Origin: a bacterium
GTDB lineage: Bacteria > Bacteroidota > Ignavibacteria > UBA10030
DNA length: 36,212 nt
Direction: 5' to 3'
Assembly: GCA_043803945.1 (NCBI GenBank)
Contig: JAZDJN010000002.1
Location: 1-36,212 of the forward strand
The notes beneath the pieces were generated by a model. The model searched no databases. It was not told the origin of the DNA and worked only from the letters and a program-made list of their open reading frames with translations. How positions within the stretch are numbered: the stretch's first letter is position 1; each line of letters opens with the position of its first letter. Shown piece by piece: positions 36,097-36,212 of this stretch. A program made the translations under genes and the position numbers.

Positions 36097-36212
36097 ACTT
36101 ATCATTACCCATATCTTTGAAAAATGAGATAGGCTTGAGCAATATCATCGAGACGTCTCAAGCCGCGCCACAATACTTTCACACCCGGATATCCATCACC
36201 CTTGCGTCCTAA

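Noticed and set aside
1-36212. CRISPR arrays, tRNA/rRNA/tmRNA, IS elements, integrases, and the many short antisense ORFs in the track
   Set aside because: No regularly spaced repeats, RNA-gene signatures or transposase/recombinase motifs were seen. The antisense and nested ORFs are shadows of well-supported genes.

Overview
Gene-dense bacterial chromosome window, probably from the FCB group (Ignavibacteria/Bacteroidota-like). This placement is an inference from a SusC/SusD pair, a TAnnTTTG-type promoter element and many secreted peptidases. From left to right it holds: (1) a GAF-5xPAS hybrid kinase coupled to a DAG-kinase/SDR/ALDH/methyltransferase operon; (2) a divergent REC-HisKA / REC-kinase pair; (3) an FKBP PPIase, a secreted GH172 (DUF2961) and a DMT-M28-M1-ettA run; (4) an SPFH-RHH-hypothetical-Yip1 cluster, a Mut7-C RNase and pepP; (5) a SusC/SusD pair with a divergent stand-alone plug lipoprotein and an RpiR regulator; (6) an M28 peptidase split by one in-frame TAG, a DUF4160/DUF2442 toxin-antitoxin-like pair and a vWA protein. 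I saw no rRNA, tRNA, CRISPR array, transposase or integrase. Four observations stand out. A TisB/DinQ-like amphipathic micro-peptide sits in a structured cassette convergent with ettA. The TA pair lies between two diverged copies of the vWA 3' end and its hairpin trailer. The SusC/D locus is flanked by peptidases and carries a free plug-domain lipoprotein. A candidate three-way-junction RNA lies upstream of the DMT transporter. All calls come from reading motifs by eye; no database searches were run.
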